The notes under the pieces are model-generated. The model did no database searches and was not told the DNA's origin. It saw only the letters and a program-made list of their open reading frames with translations. The position numbers were made by a program, and so were the translations under genes. 15,340 bases of DNA, from positions 1-15,340 of the forward strand of contig JBECKX010000173.1 in the NCBI GenBank assembly GCA_040235515.1. The letters are read 5' to 3'. This document shows positions 6,640 to 15,029 of this stretch, piece by piece. Position 1 is the stretch's first letter; the number at the start of each line of letters is the position of its first letter. The stretch comes from Candidatus Zixiibacteriota bacterium. GTDB lineage: Bacteria; Zixibacteria; MSB-5A5; CAIYYT01.

Positions 6640-8219
6640 GTCCAGTCAATGGTGAAAAGAAACGTTGCTACGTTTATGCGAGGCTATCCACGGAGGACCA
6701 GCACCGTCGCGTCGAATACTCGTCGCTTGAGAGTCAGGAAAAGGTTTGCAAAGCTTACATCGCCAGCCAGGAGCCGAACGGCTGGAAGTATGTGACGACA
6801 ATCAAAGACCTCAGCTCTGGGGGCAGCACCGACCGGCCTGGATTGAGCGAGCTACTCGAACATATCAAGCAGAACAAAGTTGATGTGGTCGTTACGACCA
6901 AGATGGATCGGCTGACCAGGAATATCAAAGATTTCTGGACACTCTACGAAATCATGCAGGAGCATGATTGCCAGTTCGTCTGCGCCACACAGGAACTCAA
7001 CTCCACGACCGCTCACGGCCGTTTCTTCATCAATATCCTCATGAGTTTCGCAGAATTCGAACTTGAGACCATCAGGGAAAGAACCCGCGCCAAGATGTTG
7101 TCGCAGGCCGAAGAGGGTCTCTGGCACGGTGGACGGGCTCCTTTCGGCTACGAACGCCATAAGGATAGGAAGGGTCTGCTGATTCCACACAAGACAGAAG
7201 CTGCGGTTGTGAAGAAGATCTTCGATCTGTTCGTCAAGTTGGGATCACCGGCAGCCGTAGCCAAAGAAATCAATGGCATGGGATATCGGACCAAGAGTAA
7301 GAAAAAAACCAAATTCTCCAAGTGGACGATCACTTACATTCTGTCTAATCCGCTTTATATTGGGAAGACGACCTTTGGGGGTCAGAGCTTTGAAGGCAAA
7401 CACAAAGCGCTTGTCCCGGTCATTCGGTTCAACCACGTGCAAAAGATGCTGGAAAAGAACAAACAGACGCGGACAGGTCCCACCCAGAACAAATACAATT
7501 TCCGGCTGAGGGGCATCCTCAAGTGCGGCGATTGTGGTTCGATGATGACACCGAGTCCTGCCAAGAGTGGACGCTACCTTTACTACCGTTGTACCCGTGT
7601 GTCAAAGTATTCGAAGGAAGAGTGCAAAGTCAGGAAGATTGGTGCTCGGGCGATTGAGGATGCGGTCGTTAACAAGCTGTGTGAGATCGGAACTGACGAA
7701 GCCGTCATCAAAGAAGCGGTTCGCAAGGCTAACAAGGATTCAGTGACCAATGCCAAGACCAAGACCAAAGAGCTGAATGCCCTGAAAAAGGAACTGAAGC
7801 CGGTTCAAGACTCAATTGACAACATGATCCGATACGTGGAGAAGCATGGGGACCTACCGAAAGCTATGTCTGACCGTCTCCCGGAACTGGAAACCCGAAA
7901 AGAACAACTGGAAACCCAGATTCAGCGTCTGGAATTCGAGATTGGACAACTCAAGGACTACCAAATCGACACTGAATTGCTTACGAAGACGCTGCAGGAC
8001 TTCCGGGCGATCTACAATGAACTGACTCCAGAGGAGCAGACTCGCCTGTTACAGCTTATGGTTCAAGAAGTTATCTTGGGTGAAGATACGCTGAAGATTT
8101 CTGTTTTTCCGCTTGGGGATTCTGAGAAGCCTCTGGAATACCTGCTGAAACATCCAGAGTTTGCTGAGAGTGATAAAAAGCGGGGTCGACGAGACTCGAA
8201 CTCGCGACCTCCTGCGTGA
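6636..8219 (+). CDS. Large serine recombinase (integrase), 527 aa
   Basis: YARLST catalytic Ser, SG...DRPGL, DRLTR, FAEFE...I.ER, G.W.GG..PFGY, IL.NP.YIG, zinc ribbon CGDCG...YYRC...C and a coiled coil. The TTG start overlaps the RHH stop. Confidence 0.95.
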   Translation: MSPVNGEKKRCYVYARLSTEDQHRRVEYSSLESQEKVCKAYIASQEPNGWKYVTTIKDLSSGGSTDRPGLSELLEHIKQNKVDVVVTTKMDRLTRNIKDFWTLYEIMQEHDCQFVCATQELNSTTAHGRFFINILMSFAEFELETIRERTRAKMLSQAEEGLWHGGRAPFGYERHKDRKGLLIPHKTEAAVVKKIFDLFVKLGSPAAVAKEINGMGYRTKSKKKTKFSKWTITYILSNPLYIGKTTFGGQSFEGKHKALVPVIRFNHVQKMLEKNKQTRTGPTQNKYNFRLRGILKCGDCGSMMTPSPAKSGRYLYYRCTRVSKYSKEECKVRKIGARAIEDAVVNKLCEIGTDEAVIKEAVRKANKDSVTNAKTKTKELNALKKELKPVQDSIDNMIRYVEKHGDLPKAMSDRLPELETRKEQLETQIQRLEFEIGQLKDYQIDTELLTKTLQDFRAIYNELTPEEQTRLLQLMVQEVILGEDTLKISVFPLGDSEKPLEYLLKHPEFAESDKKRGRRDSNSRPPA

Positions 8220-8254
8220 CAGGCAGGCATTCTAACCAACTGAACTACGACCCC
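8181..8254 (-). tRNA. tRNA-Asp (GTC), CCA not encoded
   Basis: GGGGTCG/CGACCCC acceptor stem, D-arm GTTC-AGTTGGTTA-GAAT, anticodon arm CCTGC-CTGTCAC-GCAGG, T-loop TTCGAGT, discriminator G. Confidence 0.97.
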
Positions 8255-8312
8255 GGCTATTCTTCGCAATGTAATCCGCTGCAGCACTCGAAAGCGTGAG
8301 CAACGGCAGGGG

Positions 8313-8340
8313 AATATATATCATTCCCGCGATTTGTCAA
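8313..8340 (-). promoter_or_regulatory. Sigma70 promoter of tRNA-Asp
   Basis: Minus strand TTGACA-N16-TATATT; a GGGAAT-N7-ATTCCC inverted repeat (8310-8328) overlaps the -10. Confidence 0.7.
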
Positions 8341-8406
8341 TCGTGACTTTTCGCTCTCAGCGGCGATTCTGATTCGAGTCCCCGACAGATCTTAACTCGA
8401 TAAAAA

Positions 8407-8480
8407 TGGGCGGTACTGGATTCGAACCAGTGACCCCCTGCGTGTAAAGCAGGTGCTCTAACCAACTGAGCTAACCACCC
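8407..8480 (-). tRNA. tRNA-Val (TAC), CCA not encoded
   Basis: GGGTGGT/ACCGCCC acceptor stem, anticodon arm CCTGC-TTTACAC-GCAGG, T-loop TTCGAAT, discriminator A. Confidence 0.97.
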
Positions 8481-8561
8481 AATCGTGAATCATCAGCCCT
8501 CTAAAACAGCAGTCCCAGCAGTGACCGCTCTGCAGCCCAATGCTGGGAATCTGTTTCAGAC

Positions 8562-8590
8562 GATATATAGTACGCGTTGCCACATGTCAA
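8562..8590 (-). promoter_or_regulatory. Sigma70 promoter of tRNA-Val
   Basis: Minus strand TTGACA-N17-TATATC, about 80 nt upstream of the tRNA. Confidence 0.6.
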
Positions 8591-8638
8591 GAGCGCTCGC
8601 GCACAAATTTGTCGATCAAGTACTTGTCAGCGAATCAA

Positions 8639-8875
8639 CTAGCTGCCGCTCTCGGTACCCTCGGCCGGCTTGTCCTTTATCATGATGCCGACCGGAATCA
8701 GCACACAATAACCGAGCACGAGGAGAATCGGCGCCAGCGTGATCGAACCGGATGCCAGAGTGATGAAACCGAGGATGATCGAAACCAACCCCGCACCCAG
8801 TATCATCCAGTTCTTCTTGCCGAACGGAGCCTCATCAGCTCGCGTTGCGACTTTCGCTTTCTTCATCTTAGCCAT
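8639..8875 (-). CDS. DUF3098-like small membrane protein, 78 aa
   Basis: FGKKNW.ILG.G...IILGF and ITLAPILLVLGY motifs; two hydrophobic helices. Confidence 0.75.
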   Translation of the reverse strand: MAKMKKAKVATRADEAPFGKKNWMILGAGLVSIILGFITLASGSITLAPILLVLGYCVLIPVGIMIKDKPAEGTESGS

Positions 8876-9114
8876 AGATTGTCTTCCTTCGACAGGCGTC
8901 GAATATTGGCAATAATCGAGACCACGTCAAGTTATTTGATCCGGCTGCCCGTGACAACTCTGTCACCGTGGTACTCTTTATAGTCGGCAACAGGCCCCAT
9001 AGTCTCAACTTTCTCGTGATCAGCCGGTCAATCGGTCGGGAGGAAGGCAATTCGCTTGTAGCGACACCAAAGACCGGTATCTTTGCGCTGAACTTCAGAG
9101 ATCAGCACTAGATC

Positions 9115-10590
9115 ATGCAGAAACGAGCAATTCTAAAGACATACCGACTGCCTCTCTTCGGCGCCGCTATTTTTCTGCTCCTGCTCTCGCTGGGCTTCTT
9201 CGAACGCAGGATTCACAACGACGAGGCCTGGATCGGGCAGCAGGTGCTCTCACTAACCACTGATGGAGTGGTGATTTCCGAACTATTCGGCGATCTCCCG
9301 CCGCTTGACCGGGAGATAGTTGTCTACCACAAGCTACTGGTGTGGGCGGGAGTTCTCGATTCGAAGATTTTCGGCTGGGGTTTATACCAGCTCAGGGCGA
9401 TCTCGGCAGTCTCAGGGCTGCTGCTGCTGTTCATGATCTTTACATTCCTGCGGGGGCGAGAATCCCCCAACCTGGCGGCCTTCACTCTCCTGATCCTGAT
9501 GTTCGCTCCGATATACTGGGAGCAAATGCTTGAGTTTCGTCCCGAAGCGTTGCTTGTGCTGTGTGGGGGATGCGGGTTTCTCTTGCTGTGGCGTGCGTTC
9601 GAAATCGAATCGTGGCGGCTCTATTTCATCGCAGGCTTACTCTCCGGTCTTGCGGGACTTACGCATGCTTTCGGATTCGCCTGCGTGGTCGCCGGCATTG
9701 TTGCATTGCTGGTAACACGAAAGTGGATCGGAGCGATAATCTTTGGTATCGCCGGCGCGGTCGCATTCGCGCCCTACCTCTCCGGCTACTTCTCCACACC
9801 GGAATTGTTCCATCAGCAAATGTTTGACAATCCCCTGATGACCACACATTTCGACTACAAGTGGTGGCACCTGTTCACGAACCTGGTCGAGGAGCACAAA
9901 CGAATCCTGCGCAAGCCGGAGGTCATCGGACTGACAATCTCATTCCTGTTGGCGCTGCCGCTCGTACTGAAGGAGCAATGGAAAACCTTCAGGTTGCCCA
10001 TCCTCTATCTTGCCGGGCTATTCGCCGTTATCGGGATATCTCCGTTGCCGAAATTCACTCGCTACATGATTCCGCTGGTTCCGGTGATGGCCATTATCAT
10101 CGCACAGGTATGGGTCAATCTTTCGGAGGGCAAAACTCGTGGGCGGCGCTGGATCTCTGTGCTGTTCCTGCTCTGGCAGGTCGTCTTCTTCGGCTATGGT
10201 ACATTCGCGCTGTTGCGAGAGGCTATCCCCGATCGTTATGATCAACTCGCCACCAACGAGGCAATGCTCCATGAGATGCGTCTCGGCACTAAAGTGATCG
10301 CGCCGTTTGATTTCGTTTATCCTGCAGACCCGGAGATGCAGATCTACTCCTGGTGGGGTGCAATCGAACATGATGATTCAAGGCATGATATTGCTGGATT
10401 GGAGCACTACGCCGACTCTCTCGGCATCGACTACCTGATAATCGGCCCGGAGGCGATTGACCACTGGGGATTGCAGGGAAGCGAACGCGAGGGTCAATTC
10501 AGCAGATTCGAATTGCGCGAATCTTACTCGACCGGCTCTACGGAGCCAAGATACCTGATGAAACGCAAGTCAGCCGCGCTGGAGCAGTAG
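9115..10590 (+). CDS. ArnT/PMT-like (GT-C fold, family 39/83) membrane glycosyltransferase, 491 aa
   Basis: DE motif after the first TM helix (HNDEAW), R.E motif (FRPE), RY..PL.P and many TM helices. Its 3' end overlaps gmhA convergently by 21 nt. Confidence 0.75.
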   Translation: MQKRAILKTYRLPLFGAAIFLLLLSLGFFERRIHNDEAWIGQQVLSLTTDGVVISELFGDLPPLDREIVVYHKLLVWAGVLDSKIFGWGLYQLRAISAVSGLLLLFMIFTFLRGRESPNLAAFTLLILMFAPIYWEQMLEFRPEALLVLCGGCGFLLLWRAFEIESWRLYFIAGLLSGLAGLTHAFGFACVVAGIVALLVTRKWIGAIIFGIAGAVAFAPYLSGYFSTPELFHQQMFDNPLMTTHFDYKWWHLFTNLVEEHKRILRKPEVIGLTISFLLALPLVLKEQWKTFRLPILYLAGLFAVIGISPLPKFTRYMIPLVPVMAIIIAQVWVNLSEGKTRGRRWISVLFLLWQVVFFGYGTFALLREAIPDRYDQLATNEAMLHEMRLGTKVIAPFDFVYPADPEMQIYSWWGAIEHDDSRHDIAGLEHYADSLGIDYLIIGPEAIDHWGLQGSEREGQFSRFELRESYSTGSTEPRYLMKRKSAALEQ

Positions 10591-11160
10591 TTTCTCGGTC
10601 AATTGCGCCAGCAGGTGGAGCGCAAAGATATGCTCCTCCTGAATACGCATCGTTGATGTGGATGGCACCGCGAGTGAGAGATCAACCAATGATGCCGTGG
10701 CACAACCTTTTTCCCCGAACATCCCGATCGTCACCAACCCTTTCTCTCTGGCGCACGCAAATGCCTTGAGGATATTCGCAGATGATCCAGAAGTCGATAG
10801 TCCGATGAAGACGTCTCCTTTGTTTCCAAGCGCTTCTAACTGACGCGCAAAGATTTGATCGAAGCCAAAATCATTTGAACACGCCGTCAGCAGTGAGGTG
10901 TCTGTGGTGAGGGCAATTGCAGCCAGCGCCTGCCGATTCGCCTCGGAAGTCAAGCGTACTACGAACTCTGTGGCAAAGTGCTGGCTATCGGCGGCAGAAC
11001 CGCCGTTGCCTGCGATCAGTATCTTCCCGCCGGCAGCAAGAGTCCTGGCGAGTTGCTCAGCTGCTGAGAGCAACCAGCGCTCTCGCTCTGTTGCGAATTC
11101 CTGCCTGATGCGGATCGAGGTCTCCACCGCCTCGGCAACTATCTGTTTGGGATCATGCAC
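10570..11160 (-). CDS. gmhA: D-sedoheptulose 7-phosphate isomerase
   Basis: GNGGSAADSQHFATEF, NDFGFDQIFARQ, STSG.S.N and RIQEEHI...H. Confidence 0.93.
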   Translation of the reverse strand: MHDPKQIVAEAVETSIRIRQEFATERERWLLSAAEQLARTLAAGGKILIAGNGGSAADSQHFATEFVVRLTSEANRQALAAIALTTDTSLLTACSNDFGFDQIFARQLEALGNKGDVFIGLSTSGSSANILKAFACAREKGLVTIGMFGEKGCATASLVDLSLAVPSTSTMRIQEEHIFALHLLAQLTEKLLLQRG

Positions 11161-11171
11161 TGCGGCCGCCT

Positions 11172-11954
11172 CTACTCGACACGGGGAAACGGCTGAGTGA
11201 CGGCCTCGCGGGGACCTGTATGAATCGCGTCGGCAAACTCGGTGAAAAGTGGCAGATGGTTCTGTTCCTCAAAGCGGTTCCCCACTACCACAAAGCTGGC
11301 GCCGGCTTCAACTTTGGCGCGCGCTTCCTCCGGCTGCCTGATACCCCCTCCGCAGATGATCGGGAGCGGCACATACGCCGCCGTCGCTGAGATAATCTTC
11401 TCCGGGACTGAGTGTATCGCACCCGAACCGGCTTCGAGATACACCATCTTCATCCCCAGGTACTGGGCTGCCAGGGCATGAGCCTTGACTATATCGGGCT
11501 TGTGCCGGGGGATCGGATGAGTATGCGACAGATATTCAACTGAAGTACGAGCACCGGATTCGATCAGCATATACGCGGTCGGGATGGCTTCCAGCCCATA
11601 CTGTCGCACCAGCGGAGCACCCTTTACCTGTTCACCGATCAGGTACTCCGGATTGCGCCCTGAGAGCAGCGAAGTAAACAATATTGCATCCGCACCGCGA
11701 CACACCTGGCCCGATCCACCGGGGAAGATGATAATCGGCAGGGTCACACGCTGCTTGATCTCGCGGATGATCGCCTCCATCAGGTCGGAGAAGATCAGCG
11801 AGCCGCCGATCAACAATGCATCAGCCCCCCCCTGCTCCGCCTGCTCAGCGCACTCGACCAGGTTGGCTTTGCCATGCTCACCCGGGTCAAGCAGTGTCAG
11901 GAATCCCGCGCCCTTCCGGCGCGCGGACTCCATTAGCTTGTCAAAGATTGACAT
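11172..11954 (-). CDS. Geranylgeranylglyceryl/heptaprenylglyceryl phosphate synthase (PcrB family, group II-like)
   Basis: LLDP, GGS, IIFPG, SLLSGRNPEYLIGEQ, YLEAGSGA and GGGIR...GA..VVVGN. Confidence 0.92.
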   Translation of the reverse strand: MSIFDKLMESARRKGAGFLTLLDPGEHGKANLVECAEQAEQGGADALLIGGSLIFSDLMEAIIREIKQRVTLPIIIFPGGSGQVCRGADAILFTSLLSGRNPEYLIGEQVKGAPLVRQYGLEAIPTAYMLIESGARTSVEYLSHTHPIPRHKPDIVKAHALAAQYLGMKMVYLEAGSGAIHSVPEKIISATAAYVPLPIICGGGIRQPEEARAKVEAGASFVVVGNRFEEQNHLPLFTEFADAIHTGPREAVTQPFPRVE

Positions 11955-11961
11955 ATGATTC

Positions 11962-14556
11962 TTACTTCGCGTTTCCCTGCAAGTGTGACAGCACGAATTC
12001 CTTGAAGGTGTTCAAATCGATTGACTTCCGCAGCGATCCCTGTGTTATCGTCGGACGCCCACCGCCGCGTCCCTCAAACTCGGCATTGATTGCCTTGCTG
12101 AGTTCCTGCGGTTTGACACCATCCTTGATGCTTTGCTGTGATGAAATAATTGCATAATGCCCTTCATCATTTACGAACGCACCCAGGAGAGCCGCGGCTT
12201 CATCACGAATTCGCTCCTCGTATACCTTAACAACTTCCTTAGAGGTAAGAGAGTCAACAAGAACCTTGGTGCCATTGATATCGGTTGCTTTGCTGTTGAA
12301 GAGTTCGAGAATCTGCGCGGCGGCGTTTTGCGCCTCAATCTTCTCCAGTTGCTTCCGCAGCTTCTTGTTCTCCTCGAGCAGGTCGTTGAACTTCGCGCTG
12401 ATTTCCTCAACCGGAAGCTTGGCTGTCTGCGCCATTTCCTCGATCTGGCGTTCCCGGGAACGCAGATAAGCCAGCGCTCCCTCGCCGGTCAGCGCTTCGA
12501 TGCGCCTGATGCCGGCGGCAATCGCTGATTCCGAGGCGATCACGAAGAGCCCGATCTCGCCGGTGGCCTGTACATGCGTACCGCCGCACAGCTCGCGCGA
12601 GTAGACGTCATTAGCGCCTTCATCACCCACCGTCACCATGCGGACGCGGTCACCATACTTCTCGCCGAAAAGCGCCATTGCACCCTTCTGCCTGGCTTCA
12701 TCGAATCCATACTCACCCCATTGCACCGGGTAGTTTTTCAGAATCTGCTCATTGACGAGACGCTCCACTTCCGCAATTTCCTCAGGGGTCATCCCCTTGT
12801 GATGCGAGAAATCGAAACGCAACCGATCAGGAGCAACCAACGAACCTTTCTGTTGCACATGTTCTCCCAGTACGGTCCTGAGCGCCTTGTGCAGGAGATG
12901 CGTGGCGGTGTGGTTGCGCTGAGTATGTTTCTGGCGTTCGCCGTCCACCGCGGCGCTGGCGGTTTTGCCTATCAGTTTCTTCGGATCGTCGACTTCACCC
13001 CTAACGACATGCACGAGTGAGTCGCCGACTTTCTGGGTGTCGACAACCTGGTAGACCGTGCCGTCAATCGATAGTACGCCGACATCCCCGATCTGGCCAC
13101 CGCTCTCGCCGTAGAAGGTTGTTTCATCGAGGACGATATGAAGTGTATCTCCCTTCTGCTCGGCGAACTTGACTTCGCTCTCAAGCATGAAGCTGTCATT
13201 GTAACCCTTGAAAGTTGACCCCGGCAGGTTACCGCTGAATGTTGTCTCGAAACTCGCACCGGCGCGTGAGCGCTCGCGTTGCTCCTTGAGACCATCCTCA
13301 AAGCCGGCCATGTCGACACTCATGCCGCGTTCACGCGCCATCACTTGTGTCATATCGACCGGGAAACCGTAGGTGTCGTAAAGCTTGAACGCTTCGTCAC
13401 CCGGAAATACCTGCTTGCCCTCCTTCTCCAGCTTGCTGATGATCTTCTCGAAGATCCCGAGTCCGCGATCAAGCGTCTCGTTGAAACCCTCCTCCTCCGT
13501 CTTGATCACCAGGCTAACATGTTCAGCCTGCTGTTTGATTTCGGGGAAGGAGTCACCCATCTCATCAACCAGTACCGAAGTGAGCTTGTAGATGAACGGC
13601 TGAGTCTGATCGAGCAGCCTGCCGTGCCGTGCGGCTCTGCGCAGAATGCGGCGCAGTACGTAATCGCGTCCTTCGTTCCCGAAGTTGCCGCCATCAGCAA
13701 TCGAGAAGGTCAAGGCGCGTATGTGATCAGCAATTACCCTGTGCGACACGCCACGCTGGTCTTCATGGTATGGCTTGCCGGTAAGGTCGACAATCTTTGC
13801 GAGAAGTGGTTTGAACAGGTCTGTGTCATAGTTGGACTCAACCTTCTGCAGCACCATAGCCATGCGTTCGAGTCCGGCGCCGGTGTCGACGGATGGCTTC
13901 GGCAGCGGAGTCATCCTGCCATCGGCATCGCGATCGAACTGCATGAAGACCAGATTCCAGATCTCCATAAATCGGTCGCCATCATCGTTGACAGTGGCGT
14001 TCTTGCCATACTGTTCACCACGATCGTAATGGACCTCCGAGCAGGGACCGCAGGGGCCGGTTTCGCCCATCGACCAGAAATTGTCTTTCTCGCCGAAGCG
14101 GAGGATACGGCCATTTTTCAGTTCGGGTGCAATCTTGCCCCACAGCTCGAACGCTTCATCATCATCGGTGTAGACGGTGGCATAGAGGCGGTCCGGTGAC
14201 AGCCCGAGGTCTTTGCGCAGAAACTCCCAGGCAAATTTGATGGCATCCTCTTTGAAGTAGTCGCCAAATGAGAAATTGCCCAGCATCTCGAAAAAGGTAT
14301 GATGCCGTGCCGTCTGTCCCACGTTCTCGAGGTCGTTATGCTTGCCGCCTGCACGCATACATTTCTGCGAAGTCGTCGCACGCCTGTAGTCCACCTTGCG
14401 TTGTCCAAGGAAGACATCCTTGAACTGGTTCATGCCGGCGTTGGTAAAAAGCAGCGTGGGGTCATCGCGAGGAATCAGCGGCGATGATGGCAAACGCTTG
14501 TGATTGTGCTTTTCAAAGTATGATAAGAAAGCTTCTCTGATTTCTGCGGCTTTCAA
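11962..14556 (-). CDS. alaS: Alanine--tRNA ligase
   Basis: DPTLLFTNAGMNQFK, RHHTFFEMLGNFSFGDYFK, GPCGPCSE, DTGAGLER, editing motifs HTATH and CGGTH, and C-terminal GRGGG. Confidence 0.99.
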   Translation of the reverse strand: MKAAEIREAFLSYFEKHNHKRLPSSPLIPRDDPTLLFTNAGMNQFKDVFLGQRKVDYRRATTSQKCMRAGGKHNDLENVGQTARHHTFFEMLGNFSFGDYFKEDAIKFAWEFLRKDLGLSPDRLYATVYTDDDEAFELWGKIAPELKNGRILRFGEKDNFWSMGETGPCGPCSEVHYDRGEQYGKNATVNDDGDRFMEIWNLVFMQFDRDADGRMTPLPKPSVDTGAGLERMAMVLQKVESNYDTDLFKPLLAKIVDLTGKPYHEDQRGVSHRVIADHIRALTFSIADGGNFGNEGRDYVLRRILRRAARHGRLLDQTQPFIYKLTSVLVDEMGDSFPEIKQQAEHVSLVIKTEEEGFNETLDRGLGIFEKIISKLEKEGKQVFPGDEAFKLYDTYGFPVDMTQVMARERGMSVDMAGFEDGLKEQRERSRAGASFETTFSGNLPGSTFKGYNDSFMLESEVKFAEQKGDTLHIVLDETTFYGESGGQIGDVGVLSIDGTVYQVVDTQKVGDSLVHVVRGEVDDPKKLIGKTASAAVDGERQKHTQRNHTATHLLHKALRTVLGEHVQQKGSLVAPDRLRFDFSHHKGMTPEEIAEVERLVNEQILKNYPVQWGEYGFDEARQKGAMALFGEKYGDRVRMVTVGDEGANDVYSRELCGGTHVQATGEIGLFVIASESAIAAGIRRIEALTGEGALAYLRSRERQIEEMAQTAKLPVEEISAKFNDLLEENKKLRKQLEKIEAQNAAAQILELFNSKATDINGTKVLVDSLTSKEVVKVYEERIRDEAAALLGAFVNDEGHYAIISSQQSIKDGVKPQELSKAINAEFEGRGGGRPTITQGSLRKSIDLNTFKEFVLSHLQGNAK

Positions 14557-15029
14557 TGTGTCCTCTCAGTTTCATGCTCGATCAATGTCAAATATGATGC
14601 CAGCTGGCCTCGATGGTGAATCTCATGGTCGAGATTGCCTCTGACAATTATCCACCACAGCGTTGCTACTTCTCCAAATCGAGTGTCGGGCAGCTCTTGC
14701 GCCAGTTGGTCCTCCGACAATTCGCGAATCAGCCTGCTGCGTTGAGTGCCGCATGCGCGCAAATCTTCGAGCAAACTTAGATATTGCCGGCGTGAACCAA
14801 TTGCGTACTCAACATCGGCTGCGGCGATTGGTTCCAACCGCTTATCGGTAACTTTATGAAAGAGCCAGCGATCGACTGCCACCAGGTGCATCGCTATCTG
14901 GGCGATGCTGAGGCTGCCTGTCGCAGGTTTCCAGTTCTCAAATCCCTCCGGAACATGGCGCAGCCGTTTCAAAGTAGAATCACGAACTGCGTCGGCAAAC
15001 TGTGCCAACCGCTCAGTTTCGGAGGTCAT
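14553..15029 (-). CDS. DinB/YfiT-family (thiol S-transferase-like) protein, about 158 aa
   Basis: W.P.....SI.QIA.H and DHEIHHRGQL..YL metal-binding His pattern. ATG 15029 with GGGG 8 nt upstream is preferred over 15059. Confidence 0.85.
   Translation of the reverse strand: MTSETERLAQFADAVRDSTLKRLRHVPEGFENWKPATGSLSIAQIAMHLVAVDRWLFHKVTDKRLEPIAAADVEYAIGSRRQYLSLLEDLRACGTQRSRLIRELSEDQLAQELPDTRFGEVATLWWIIVRGNLDHEIHHRGQLASYLTLIEHETERTH

Larger units (their letters stand above)
1..8180. mobile_element. Serine-integrase genomic island / integrative element at the tRNA-Asp 3' end (left boundary outside the window)
   Basis: The integrase abuts and overlaps the tRNA. The cargo is R-M, recombination, DUF932 and coupling-protein-like genes, with housekeeping genes on the other side of the tRNA. 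The exact att site was not identified. Confidence 0.85.

Noticed and set aside
1..8180. Direct repeat of the tRNA-Asp 3' end marking the other att site
   Set aside because: None was seen by eye in the window; the distal end lies beyond the left edge, and serine integrases may leave only a very short core.
8063..8287. 74-aa minus-strand ORF
   Set aside because: It reads through the tRNA-Asp sequence and antisense to the integrase; spurious.
8485..9050. ORFs 8485-8685, 8540-8983 and 8868-9050
   Set aside because: No recognisable motifs; they overlap the tRNA-Val promoter region or the DUF3098-like gene.
11242..14487. Long opposite-strand or alternate-frame ORFs within alaS and GGGPS (e.g. 13279-14199)
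   Set aside because: Shadow ORFs typical of GC-rich conserved genes; no independent motifs.
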